Shown here one piece after another: positions 37,254 to 49,715 of a stretch of DNA of 64,000 bases. Each line of letters opens with the position of its first letter. Within the stretch, counting starts at the first letter, position 1. The notes beneath the pieces are model-generated. The model searched no databases, had not been told where the DNA came from, and saw only the letters and a program-made list of their open reading frames with translations. A program made the position numbers and the translations under genes. The DNA comes from Phoronis australis (taxonomy: Eukaryota; Animalia; Phoronida). The DNA lies in the NCBI GenBank assembly GCA_002633005.1, contig NMRA01000092.1:891446-955445 (forward strand), written 5' to 3'.

Positions 37254-39399
37254 CTATGCTAGTGATATCTGTTACGAACCATACACGCCAAACCAGCGCG
37301 AGATCCTGTATTCTTGCGGTACGTCGCAAAGCTTCAGAAAGTGTCCAAAACTTACAGTTTACGACAAGTACGGTACATAAGAAGTCTAATACGGATTGTT
37401 CATGGGTGAAGATTCGGCTAAATCCCAATCAAGGTCCATATTCGAGAGTTGACTGTGTTACGGTCTAAAATAGTTTTTTTGGTCACTTACCAAATGCCAA
37501 CTGAATTTCATATGCAAAGAGTTATTTAGTCGTGCAAATTAAAAAAAGAATCATCGAAATTGGACAATGTATGAGAAGTTTATGCAAGTTTTTGTTTATG
37601 AATTTCATGCATTTTTAGAGTTACGAGTGGCCATTTTAAAAATTACATTTTTCAACTGTCAACAGTAGAAAAGACATTTATTTTATTAAATAAGCAACTG
37701 CTTAGATATGACTGGGAATAACCTGGGTCTCTTTCAGAGTCACTTAGATGAAGTTGTGCTTAATCATTGAGAAATGGTAGGGTTCATCATAAAATGGGCA
37801 CTCGTTACGAAATTTGTAAATTCTGTGTTTCTAACCCTCACCTACTGAAAAGAAGGTTAAAAACTAATGTTCACTCTCTGTAATAAAAAGAACTGCAGCA
37901 GAATATGTTGACCTAGGCAACACAGCAAATAATTCAATATTCAAACAAACCAAAAGTTTGGATATTGCCTTATTAAAAATGGGCCAAAAAGGCTAACAAA
38001 ATGTAGTGTACGTACCCCATGTGGAATTCAATAACACAAATGGTCATTGCAAATGAAATTATTGCCTTTTAAGTAACAACATGGTGCTAATTATCATCAA
38101 AGAAAAATAAATGGCCATACAACATTATGTTACCATGTGATGCAGAAACAGTGATGTAGTGTACATGCCTCCTTTTGTAGTGTACGTACCCCTATGTTTA
38201 CAAATGCCATGAAATCAAAATATCACTTAGTACACTGTAAGTAAGCAACATTGGTCATAGACAGTTTCCTTCCTTAAAAATGTTAGGTTAAAAGGGTGTT
38301 TATTGCAAATACATTTGTTTTTGAGTGAAATATTAGCTTTTGTGTAGGGTACGTACCCCAGTCTGGCCTATATTTTAACATATGCGTGTTTTCAAAGAAT
38401 GACAGACGGGCACATGTATGCTGTACTTCTTATTTGTTCTCTTTGAATAGATTTGGTAAATGAAATAATTCTCAGTGGATTCTTAGTATTCATTATAAAC
38501 CTGACAAGTCATTGAAATGTTGTGTACGTACCCCTGTGTAGTGTACGTACCTTCAGCTTCTGTGCTATAAAGTAATGCCCACAAGTATTTTTACATACTG
38601 CTGTTCTCATCAGTGAACAGATGTTTCCAAAATGAATCCAGTCTGACAAAAAAAAACAAACAATTGACATTATCAAATTTGTGGGCAATAAAGTGCCACA
38701 CAGGACTTGGCTAGTACTTAACATCCTAGAAGACACATCATGTGACAACTGATGTTGCAGAGGCAGGTTCTCTATCTCTCAAGACAACTTGCAACAAAGC
38801 AACAAGCAGAGGCAGCACCATCCTTTGGTCACGTGCGGCGACATTACGGAGTTTGAGGTAAGTCAAAGCGGCTGTAGTATTAGAGGTAACCTGGAGATCT
38901 AAATTAATTGAATCTGCGCTGCAGAGGTGAGTGGAATATGTGGAGAACATGAACAGATGTGTAGGATAGTCCTCGTGCAATTTCAAGCGCCATTTATTAA
39001 GTGCCGTAAGTTGTCTATCCAGGCCCATCTAACTGTAACTCCAAAAATGTGTTTTTCGGTCGTGAAACTGATGACATTTCATTAAAAACAAATATTTGCC
39101 ATCAAAAATTTTAGTTGCTCTGGGAACCATCCAAAAATACCATGAGTAATCTTTTAAAGGAAACAGAGACGGAATCTCATTTCGTATTCAGGTGCCCACT
39201 TAATGCCCACTAGCGTCTCTTTGGTGTCACAGCTAAGAATCTGTCATCGCCGTACCTAACTGCAACGGTAATTAATGTATTACTGTGATCATGAATTCTT
39301 TATTATATTATATACCCTTGTATGACAAACCCTATTACCCCTCCCCCCATCTCTGTGAAAGTTCTTACGGTAAATGGAATGAGATTACTGGTTCACTGA

Positions 39400-39405
39400 T
39401 TTATT
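39400..39405 (-). promoter_or_regulatory. Candidate AATAAA polyA signal of the Gly/Met-rich gene
   Basis: AATAAA on - strand about 460 nt after the stop. Confidence 0.45.
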
Positions 39406-39861
39406 GTTGAGAGTTTGCAAAAACAAATGTCGTGTTGTCAAAATAGTATAACTTGTTGAATCACGCTAATCACGAATACACAACGAATAGGAAACAACAA
39501 CACGTGCTTGACTAACATATTTTGTCACATTCATTTACAATGTTTTACAACCAATTTGGTCTTCCAAAATCTATTGGCAGTGGGTACAAGCAACAAAACA
39601 TAACCAATATCAGATTTTCACGGTTATCAATTATTATTAGTTTTCTGAAAACCTATGCGTGTAGTTCTCGCTTTGGTTAACACAGACACAATGAGCACAC
39701 ATCAACAACAAGAACATTGTTTGTAAAGATGGCAGATTTTAATAAAAATAAGACATGCTGATGGTCTTTCAATTACCACAAATCTCAGCTAAACGTGGGT
39801 CAAATTTTAGAGTTTCGGCAGCTAGTCCAACCCCTTAATTTGCCCCTCGTGTGAGTTAGAC

Positions 39862-41068
39862 CTACTTTCGTTTTCCTGCAAACATGCCATTCATCATATT
39901 ACCATACATACTCATCAGTTCAGACCAGAATGTCTCACCAGACATCATGCCCTCGGAGACCATTTCATTTAATCCGCCGCTTGCGCCACCGAACATTGGT
40001 GCACCTCCCATCTGGCCGCCTCCCATCTGGCCGCCTCCCATCTGGCCGCCTCCCATCTGGCCGCCTCCCATCTGGCCGCCTCCCATCTGGCCGCCTCCCA
40101 TCTGGCCGCCTCCCATCTGGCCGCCTCCCATCTGGCCGCCTCCCATCTGGCCGCCTCCCATCTGGCCGCCTCCCATCTGGCCGCCTCCCATCTGGCCGCC
40201 TCCCATCTGGCCGCCTCCCATCTGGCCGCCTCCCATCTGGCCGCCTCCCATCTGGCCGCCTCCCATCTGGCCGCCTCCCATCTGGCCGCCTCCCATCTGA
40301 CCCCCGCCCATCTGTCCTCCATTCATCTGACCTCCACCCATCTGGCCCCAGTCCATTGTGCCAAAGGAGCTTGTATTGAAATATTTACTGAATGGTCCAA
40401 AGTTCCCCATCTGGCCCCCGCTCATCTGTCCCCCGCCCATTTGGCCAAAGGAGCTTGCATTGAAATATTTACTGAATGGTCCAAAGTTCCCCATCTGGCC
40501 CCCGCCGATTTGGCCACCTTGGGCGCCAGATCCGCCCATTTGGCCGCCCTCACCGCCAAATCCGCCCATTTGGCCGCCCTCACCGCCAAATCCGCCCATT
40601 TGGCCGCCCTCACCGCCAAATCCGCCTAAACCACCCATTTGGCCTTCAGCTCCAAGTGGGAAACCGAAAAATGGATAAATGGGAAAGACTGGAATGTAAA
40701 TGGGTGTGGCGCCACCCATGCCACCTTGTCCCCCCATTCCAGCCTGGCCGCCCATTCCTGGGAATCCCCCGCCTGCTGCGCTGCCATTAAAGAACTGGGA
40801 AAAATTGAAATTCTTCAATGACGACATAATATCGGAAAAGTTAAAGTTGTTGTTGGCGCTGAAGTTGTACTTTTTCTGCATTTCTTGGAGTTGTTCTTGC
40901 GCATTCTTCATCGCCGACTGAAATTCGGAAAAGTTGAATTTCTTGATGTCGCTGACGTTATACTTCTTCTGCATTTCATTGCCAGCGTTTTCAATTTTCG
41001 TTCTTTGTTCTTCGACTGCGCTTTTCATCTTATCTAACTGGGCGTCTACGTCGGTATCATCCGTCTCC
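39862..41068 (-). CDS. Large exon of Gly/Met-rich protein: helical N-region, NFS repeats, Pro/aromatic segment, GGEGGQMGGF x3, (GGGQM)n, Met-rich tail ending GKRK
   Basis: Longest ORF in the window; the non-repetitive flanks are also open and protein-like. Confidence 0.88.
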
Positions 41069-44000
41069 CTATCAACATCAAACAAAATGGGTAAATTGAA
41101 ATATGTCACGTTCAAATAGTGAATGCCTTAAAAATTAATAAATGCTTCTATTTAGTTCCATGCTCCTATGCGTGAAGCTGCGCAAGTATATCCGAAATTA
41201 GGCGCATGCTCCTTTAAGCAGAGCACTTGATCATAAAACACAGAGCAACTTTTTGATGTGAAACTTAAATGGCAGATGACTGTGTAAATGAACTGTACAA
41301 AGAAATGACTAGAGACACAAAGAAGACGTGCGCCTAAACAGGAGGTTGTCGTTTGTGCTCGTAAGTGAAGCACAGGTCATGCGCTTACAGTGAAACATTT
41401 GGGCACAAATTCGTTGAAAAGGCATAATTTTGGCTATACATGTGCGCGGGCAAACTAGGTATATATAATATTTTTCTGTTGTGTGTTGTTATTTGTTTAG
41501 TTATCTGTGCTCTGTTTATGTCCTAGCGTCCCAAGATCTATAAATTTGCAATCGTTTACTAAATACGTGCAGAACATTTCAGTTGTGTTCCCGAGTTTTT
41601 CAGAATTCCTGAAAATTTGCAGGGACCTTTTCACGGCCATTATTTCCACTTATCGTAACCCCCCCTATCGGCGGCATTGAAAAGATATCTGTGAGACCAG
41701 GAAGACGTAATGTGTTTCATTTAATTAAATAAATTTGTGTCTCAATGCAAATAAAAATTTAATTCTCGTGGGAATGGCATTTTCTGGATAGCCATAACCA
41801 TCTTAAGTCCATAGCATATTTTCGCACATTTTGTTTTTCTTTTCGAATAATAACTGCAAATGGAATTTATCCGTAATCCGTTTTATTTTTACTAGTTTCA
41901 CTATTTTAAATTCCAAGTGGTTTCAAGGAAATCGGGTTAATTACATGATGGACATTGAGCAGTCGGCGGCGTAGACTCCAAAAGCACCCAGATGTTGCCC
42001 TGGTTTTCTTCTTATACACATAACTGCGGAAATTGGCAGTCAAAAGTTCAACATTTTGAAGACGACAAATCCAGTGGCGCGATCCGAAGTTATAATGGTA
42101 CGGCATATCATTCGCCAATTTGAACGCTTGTTTGACGAATAAGACGTTTGATGCTTATTTCATTTTAATCGCCATTAATTTTTTATGCTCGACAAATGTT
42201 CTTCATTTTTCCAAATGAGTGTTTTAGAAACAATTACATGAAATTTCTGATAAAGCGTAAGGGGACCTTTTCTGCAATAAGCCCCCGTTCCGTAGAAGAA
42301 AACTTGTACCTTACTAAGAGGAGTAGAGATTTTTGTCTTGTTAATAACTTACAGCTGTTAATCCTCGACATCATACTCGCCGCGAAATACTTGACATACC
42401 GTAGAGCCGGATTTAAAACAATATCGAACTGTCAGTTCTAACACTTCCTGATCTCAGAAATCAAACTTAGGTTGACCAAGGAACTAAATGAGCGTAATTT
42501 AGGATTAGTAAGTGATCTAAATCAAAATTTATTCTTTTTACGCAAGAAGGAGGGTTAATAGACGGTGAAGGTGGGTTAATAGACGCTTTGATCAAAACCT
42601 TTTACCGAGTTTTTCAGGGAAAAGGAGTCGATATTTGTCACCAAATGATGGACGGCAATGATGGTTTATCGTTTTTGCTCTATCTTTTAGAGGAACTAAA
42701 TCAATATTTGTCACCAAATGATGGACGGCAACGATGATATATTGTTTTTGCTGCAATCTAATGAGATGGAATAGATGGGATTTCCTTTACATTCTTAGAA
42801 TGAGACGATTAGTTTTTCGAGCGCACGTGCTGGTTTCGAAAAAATTAGTTAGTACTATAGTGGTGAACTATACTTTCCTGAAATTGTTGGTTGTGGGAGC
42901 GGCTTGAGAAGAACTAGGAATATTTAATTATTGAGAACTGTATCTTAACGGTGAATGAAACTATTGCGTTGAAGTTTGTTTCACTCGTGTATGAAGGTGT
43001 TATCAATTCGAGTTTTTCTAACGAGTATTTCAAACTAAAGGGCCAGTAATAATAAACGTAGTCGTAGTCATTGTAGCGTACAATCCATTTGCAAAATTAC
43101 GCGCACGTATGTTTGACCATAGATTAAATACTAAACTAAATATTTATTTGAAAACATGTTCTTTTCTAAGGCGAGACGTTATCGTATGAAATCAGGTTCA
43201 CTGCAGACTCGAACCTCCAATCTAACGCCGAGATGGCGGAGCTAAACCGCACTTGAAAAGTGGCAGAATTAAGCTGAATTTTGCTCTGTTTAGCTCGCCA
43301 AAAATAAAAATCCCGTAAGGTCTTTTACTCTAGTAAGATCGGTCTCATAATATCCCTTACCTTCTGTGATAGAGTTTTATATTACCGTTGTCTACAAAAA
43401 CATCGAAACTATCATCGAACTCAAGAAAACGCTTCAGAGTTTGTTGGAGTTTGCCGACCGTGAACCTTAAAAGTGTGAAATTCGAAAATGGCTCATGTGC
43501 GCATTGCCTGTTATTTTAAAAAAAAATAATGTAATCCTATCACGGTAAGGAACATTCTGAGACTGATTTTATAAGAGTATAAAACCTAATTAGATTTCGA
43601 GTTTTAGCCAGCTAAACAAGACGATACGCAGCTTGAATTTTGATTTCAGTGAATGCCTGGCAGACAACGGCTAAAATTGATCACAAAAACACAAAGGATT
43701 TTTGTTGTTATATAACTTTGACCAAAGCTAATGGCTTTAAGAAGTTTGTCCCATCCAACAAAAATCCCAAAAACGGGCTTTTCGGCCGTAAAGTCCATAT
43801 TGTATCTTTATACTTGCATTTTTCTACCATTGTATCGTGTCCGAAATAGAATTCACCGTTAGCGCTATTTTTGTAATATTAAACAGTCCCAAGGTCGTTT
43901 CTTGTAAGTTTCGCTTTTAAACCTTCGAAAGTGCGTGTTCTTTCCCTTCAAGTGACAATACTGAATAAGCCACAACGTGCAATCGACTGAAGCCGAAACT

Positions 44001-44597
44001 CTCGCGCCCTAGCCGAGCGCTCTAGTAGCTGATTTAAATCATAGTAATTGAGTATTTAGCATGTAAAGTCGCCGGTCTTGATTTCTGACAATGTCTGGCA
44101 GACAACGACATGAATTGGTGATTTGCAACAAGATCACAAAAACACAACGGATTTTATTGTTTTGAAGCTATGGCACGCGTTTCGTAGAGGCGAGAATCAC
44201 GCGAAAATGCAGGCACAAGCTAGACATCGCGAGATATCGCCATGTATTGCAAGTGACGCACGTGATCCCACTAACTTCCTTAGCTAGACTCTTGCGTCTA
44301 CGAAACTCTACCCTGGCCAAATATTATAACTTCAAAATGTGTGTCTTATTCAACAATAATCTATAAAGGCATTTTCTGCCGTAAAAACGTTTTTATGTTC
44401 CTTAAAATAATTCGCTGAATTTCTAATATTGAGCATCAAAACGAGCTCCTTTATAGAACTTTTCATCAAGGACAAGAATCATTGAAGCAAAATGAAATAA
44501 AAACAAAAAGTAGCAATTACCTCTTATTCTGTGGTCGTGCCTCTGACACGGTCAGCAACAGAGCCACCATTAGACAAACGAGAACTGTTCGTATCAT
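39862..44597 (-). CDS. Secreted Gly/Met/Gln-rich low-complexity protein, 427 aa; coding exons 44597-44521 and 41068-39862
   Basis: Signal-peptide exon ends in phase 2 (AG|gtaatt) and the large exon starts in phase 2 (gttgatag|G GAG ACG); the join gives 1284 nt with no stop. Confidence 0.8.
40004..40299 (-). repeat. Coding 15-bp tandem repeat (GGAGGCGGCCAGATG)n, 19 identical units plus a partial
   Basis: Read directly; encodes GGGQM. Confidence 0.97.
42632..42752. repeat. Local direct duplication (atatttgtcaccaaatgatggacggcaa...tttttgct x2)
   Basis: Read directly. Confidence 0.8.
44179..44306. mobile_element. 128-bp MITE nested in an older repeat
   Basis: TIRs gtttcgtagaggcgagaatc / inverse gtttcgtagacgcaagagtc (17/20). 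It interrupts a repeat that is contiguous at about 43640-43800. Confidence 0.6.
44521..44597 (-). CDS. Signal-peptide exon MIRTVLVCLMVALLLTVSEA-RPQNKR
   Basis: n/h/c-region pattern with S-E-A cleavage site; acceptor ccttgtag 7 nt before ATG (ATCATG context); donor gtaatt. Confidence 0.82.
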
Positions 44598-44892
44598 GAT
44601 GAACCTACAAGGACAATAATCCAATTAGTTGTATAAAATGATAAACGAACCTGTCTCACTGTGTAAAATACGTGCGTGAATCGCGGTAACTTCAGTTTCT
44701 TTATTCAAATTTTTTTTTTTACTTCGAAGTTCAAGTGGAAATTTCATTTTTGATGCAATTGAGTTGTCACGATTATATTTCACAAACTGGACATATTTTC
44801 TAATTGAGTGATTAAATTAACACCGATGCAAAATCATAAATCAGTTTGCTGCATTAGGCCCCCTATGTCTTCATAGAAAATCATAAACAAAC

Positions 44893-44970
44893 CTGTATTG
44901 TTGATGCTCGTTGGAAAACCGCTGCTTATCCCACTAGTGAGGAAAAACGATAACTCAAACCACATTTATA
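44893..44970 (-). promoter_or_regulatory. TATA box, Inr and short non-coding first exon of the Gly/Met-rich gene
   Basis: TATAAA at 44970-44965; TCACT Inr-like at 44940-44936 (A about 32 nt after the TATA start); donor CAG|gtttgt after 44893. Confidence 0.6.
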
Positions 44971-47615
44971 CCAGTTGACAAAATTAGGTTGCTCTTAATT
45001 ATTTTTGCCATTTTGTGTACGCAGATGCTGACGGTTAGATAGTCAAAAATTACCCTGTACCTCTCCATTCCAGTGGATGGGTTAAAAACCAAAGCAATAA
45101 GTTAGCATCTGCTAACGAAGACAATAGGGGCATTAAATATTGTCTACTGGGGCAGTTTTTGCCGTAATCTCTCGCCTTTATTTGAAAAGTGGTCTAACTG
45201 CCTACGCTTAAACGTGGGTTTGTGATGGCAGATAAGAACCCAGGATGTTCTTTTTGTTGTTGGAGAGAGCGCTAGGGGCGGTGTGAACTACTACATACAT
45301 TCCCCAAAGGATTTTCTCCGATCGATGTCAGGATGTCTTCGCTTGGTCATCTGGTTTCCACAGAATAACTGGAAAAGTGCCACGGACCTCCATCAAACTT
45401 TCAGAATGTATTGGCTACACGAAGCGTCCTGTCGTCGGCTGCTGGTGAAATCGGTACATGATAGCTGCTATAAGGCTCCCCTCCCCGTGTTTAAAAATTG
45501 GAGTGATTTCTGGTCTCGCGAAAACGTGGCAGCTCGTTATTCCTCGAGACCATGCCCAAAAAGTTGGCTTGGTGGGGCGGGTCATTTTACAACAGCACCA
45601 AGGTGTTATCATTGGCCATTCATCGGCTTGACGTCATTTTTACCCAATGGCCTCTCTTCTATGTAAAACAAGCGAACTGAGAAAAAGAGTTGCTTAGACC
45701 CATGTAACTCCCACGAGGATTCGATTATTACTCTGTTTTTCTTTTCTTATATTGTCTGATATTTTTTCCGTACGTATCCCGGTGCCCCAACGCATTTTTT
45801 TTTGTTCTGAAATCAGTATTGAACACAAGACTGGAGACTTCTAATCAATATGTTACACGGATGCACCGTTGACAAACGTCACACAGGCAGACGAGAGCAG
45901 TGAAGTTACGGAGACCATGTCAGAATTTCATTCAAAGAAACAACGGGGACCACCGAACCACCTTTGAAGCATTCCACACCAGGGGTCCGTTTTGTTAAAG
46001 GTCACCGACTGGACTTATGGTAAGTCCAATTTTCGCCTGAAAGGAACATAACTCCGATTTTAATTTGCACGTAGTGAACGTGACCCGTGAAAGCGATCGT
46101 AAAGTCTTATTATGAAAAAGTAACGTTTCGCTTGTATAAACGAATATGAAAACGTAAATGAACAAGTAAAGGGCATCGACAAAAACTTTTTATACTGAAA
46201 TTAAGAAATTAAAATTACTACACGTGTTTTATATACAGTGTATGTGTAGGTGGACCATTAGTCCAAGTTTATGGGCCAATAATCCACGTCAAAATCATGT
46301 ACTTTGACATTTGGAAATTTGTCTCAATTTGTTCTTTTGTTCATAGGTTAATTTAAAAATTAACGTATTTTTGGACAAGCGACGATAGTTAGTAGTGTCA
46401 CCTGATGACGATTGTGTTACGGAAAATTGGCACGCCTTTTATTCCACGGTCATGTGCAGAAATTGTTCATTTGTTTGTTCATTTATTTATAATAAATAAA
46501 TAAAGAAAAACATCCTCGCCTCGGTATCCATATTTTGGAAGACATGCAGATTCGCAAATTGCATGTCACATATCCGTATTTATTGCTGACCCATTGCACA
46601 GGCCTGAGTTCCAATCTTAAACACCTGGCAGAGAATGGATTGATTCCACATCCAAATGAGTATTTCTGTCACTTGACATTATAATTGTAAGTCCCGAAAA
46701 GGACTTCTCAGTCTCTAACTGTTCTAGATAACATTTTGATTTTACTACCACCAAAAGTGGAATTTCCTAACTTCGTTAAAATGTTCACTTAAAAATACCG
46801 ACGTGGTAACCAGGTCGAGGTCAACATAGTTTTGAATTGCATTTTTCTCTCCAAAATTATCATTGGCAAGTTTCAAACTAATTATGATGTTTCAAATCAG
46901 CTGGAAAATTGGAAATGCAGAACAATTATAATCCTCCTTGAAGGTGCTTAAGGACGAGCACAGGCAAATAGCTGCGAGCTAAATTGTCGTCCTCATGAGT
47001 GAACTCTGGCTCAGCTCGTCAAAGCTCGATGCGGATTACCCGCACACGATAAGAATGAGTCTACAAGAGATTTGGTGTTGTTAGGTGATTTGATAATTTC
47101 TATTGGCTACCGAACGCCTGCATGTGCGATGGGATATGCACAGCACTGTAATCACCGGATCGAGTTCAATAACGCCATAGTGTCTCCGTCGCTAGAAAAG
47201 CAAGATCTCGCGAGATACCGCGAGATATTGACGTGAATTTTCAATGAGATCAGGTAATTTTGGCTTGATTTTTCTCGTCGCGAGCCAATGATTGAACTCG
47301 ACCCCGGGTAGGGTTTCGCAAACGAAGCCTTGTTCGTACGTTTTCGCCAGATTCTCGCCAAATTATGGAGCTATGATTCGCCTTAACGACGTACGGCGAT
47401 CCAAATATGATGTCCCCTTTTCTTTTTTCATTATCTCAGGATCTCGAGATCCCGATTTAATCCCGAGGTAATTAAGACGGGATCTCAAGATCATGAGATG
47501 ATTAAAAAAGAAACGTGCGATTTCATCTTTGGACCACCACAACGGCGAGCAGTTGTAAAGATTGAAACCCCAGTCTTTGTACATGTGGAAGGAATTCATC
47601 CGCACTGATCCCTAG

Positions 47616-47908
47616 CAGTGGCGGATTTAGAGGCGGCCAAGCGGGCCATACCCCCCCCCCCTAAAATTCTACCAGATACCATTTGGGAGTTCGGGTGCGC
47701 GCAAGCAGGGGCTCGTCGGCGGTGTATAAACAACGCATAGGCCCTGAACAAACCCATTTACCTTTTTTTTTGTAGTCAACAGATCCGCAACCCCAAACAT
47801 TCGAGGTCTCTGCGTCCCCACATTTTAGACTGGGCGCGCGCATCTGTCGAAATTCTGGTTATTCCCGTGCCCTGCCCCCCCTAACTCAAAATCCTGGATC
47901 AGCCCCTG
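47616..47908. mobile_element. Same MITE family, copy 2
   Basis: Same TIRs and interior; flanks CCTAG/TCTAG. Confidence 0.8.
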
Positions 47909-49604
47909 TCTAGCGACTAAAACTTGTCACATCAAGGACAGTTGTGATATTTAGAATCAGTAGAAGCAATTAAATAAAAACGTATAACCCTGGAACGCTG
48001 TAAAGTAGTTTAGTTGGTCTGAACACTAACGTTTAACGAGCTGAACTATTCCAACAGGTACTCAGCAATTAAACAATTGTTGTATCCCAAAATGACGTCA
48101 TGACTTGCAAGTACCTGGCCAGTTTATTAGAGCACAACACAAATGCTTCGAAGATCAAGCTTCTCGAGTTCAACACTGCTGGACTTGACAATGGTTGATG
48201 CGGTGACGTTACAAGAACAGTTCCGAAAAGCTGAATGAAACGTAGGACTGTACCCATTTTAAATTCACCTAAATTAATCTTTGAGGCCTAAATTACGCGA
48301 CTGCATGCCGGACTTTAAAATATGATCACCACTCAAGGCACTTCGTTGGCGATGTGACAAAAGAAATATTTTTGCTGCAAAATGAGCACGCTCCGGCAGC
48401 CAGTGAAAAGGGAAAAAGGGAGCAATCTTTCCGAGCTTGCAACTATTTTCAAATGAGGATTATTATAGGAGCGAGAGCGACTGAGGAGAAACAATGTCCA
48501 TGGAACCACTACTGGGTCTTATTTTTTTCTGAGTAGGCCCTGTAGTCTACTAGCGCGGTATATACCCATTTGTGACGCCTCATCACAAAGCAGTGCGGGT
48601 GTCACTTGAAATGTTTGTGATAATTCGCAGCAATTTGTTTTTGCATTTTGAACACATAGATCTTCGAGATTTTTAATGCCCGTGCATAATAAAATGGTTG
48701 AATGTGTGCAAAATATCAGTGTAGCTTAACTTGCAGGCCAGTTTCTTGTCTCTTTGATTTCTTGGCCAAATTAGATAGGAACACAACATATAGCGACGAT
48801 ATGAACATGAAGTAGGTTAAAAATTGCCAAATGTCTATAAGAACGAGTTTTAATTGTAACGAAAATGATCTGTCGCAAATCACTGAACCGCGTTCAGTAA
48901 ATATCGTGACATGGTGTTGGGGAATAACACTGCATGGCGCGGTCTGTGTGAGCCCGTCATTAGTGCAAAGGTCACCTTTTTGCAGAAATTTTTGTTTCAC
49001 ATTTACAAGTTGTCAATGAATACAATTGCACTGTGTGAAGCGTGCACTATGTTAAACTGATAACATTGACGTTTGGCTCCTGCTATGCATCAGCATAGTT
49101 AGAAGCATGCAAATGCATCTTTAATCACCTTGGTATTTATTCTGGCAGGCTGATGTCACCCGCGTGCAACGACAGTTGCCCGCAATCCCTACTGTACCGT
49201 AAGTCTTATTTGAACATGGAGCTTGAAACCAAGACACGTGTGTTACTACAAAACTAAGACTTCTCTTTCGTAACAGAAAGCAGGTGAGAGTAATTATAAA
49301 ACAACCAAAAATTGTTATTTCTGGATTCATGGAAATGGCTTCGTAGTGAAAAACGGTCTTCTGTATAAAAGAAAATAATAGAGAATGTCTTCGGTTATCA
49401 TTGTTGTAATGAAACAAAAGCTGATACAAATAGACCAACCTGACACTGCGGTTCAGATTTTTGGGGGGCAGAGTTCACTGAATACAAGATATAACAAAAT
49501 CACTCAAAAATGTCTTAAAACACTTATGGGAGATGGTACGAAAAAAACTCGACAGAATGAACATTCGATCCAAATGAAAAACCAGCCGAAAGTTTTAGAC
49601 ATGG

Positions 49605-49715
49605 CAGTGGCGGATTTAGAGGGGGGCCATGGCCCCCCTAAAATTCTCCCAGATTCCATGTGGCACTGAGTTGGAGGTGCGAATGTCTGACGGGCAAAAT
49701 CNGGATTCTCCCCTG
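49605..49715. mobile_element. Same MITE family, short internally deleted copy
   Basis: cagtggcggatttag...ggattctcccctg; flanks CATGG/CTTGG. Confidence 0.7.

Noticed and set aside
39884-40921. (PPPIW)n, (GRLPS)n and (EAARW)n ORFs
   Set aside because: Shadow frames of the stop-free 15-bp repeat; only the GGGQM frame has open unique flanks, a splice acceptor and a signal-peptide exon.
47205-47216. ATCTCGCGAGAT palindrome (BANP/CGCG-element-like)
   Set aside because: No adjacent gene start; lies in repeat-like CpG-rich sequence.
48090-48200. CKYLASLLEHNTN... resembling an RI-type LRR
   Set aside because: Single short match bounded by stops, with no neighbouring repeats.
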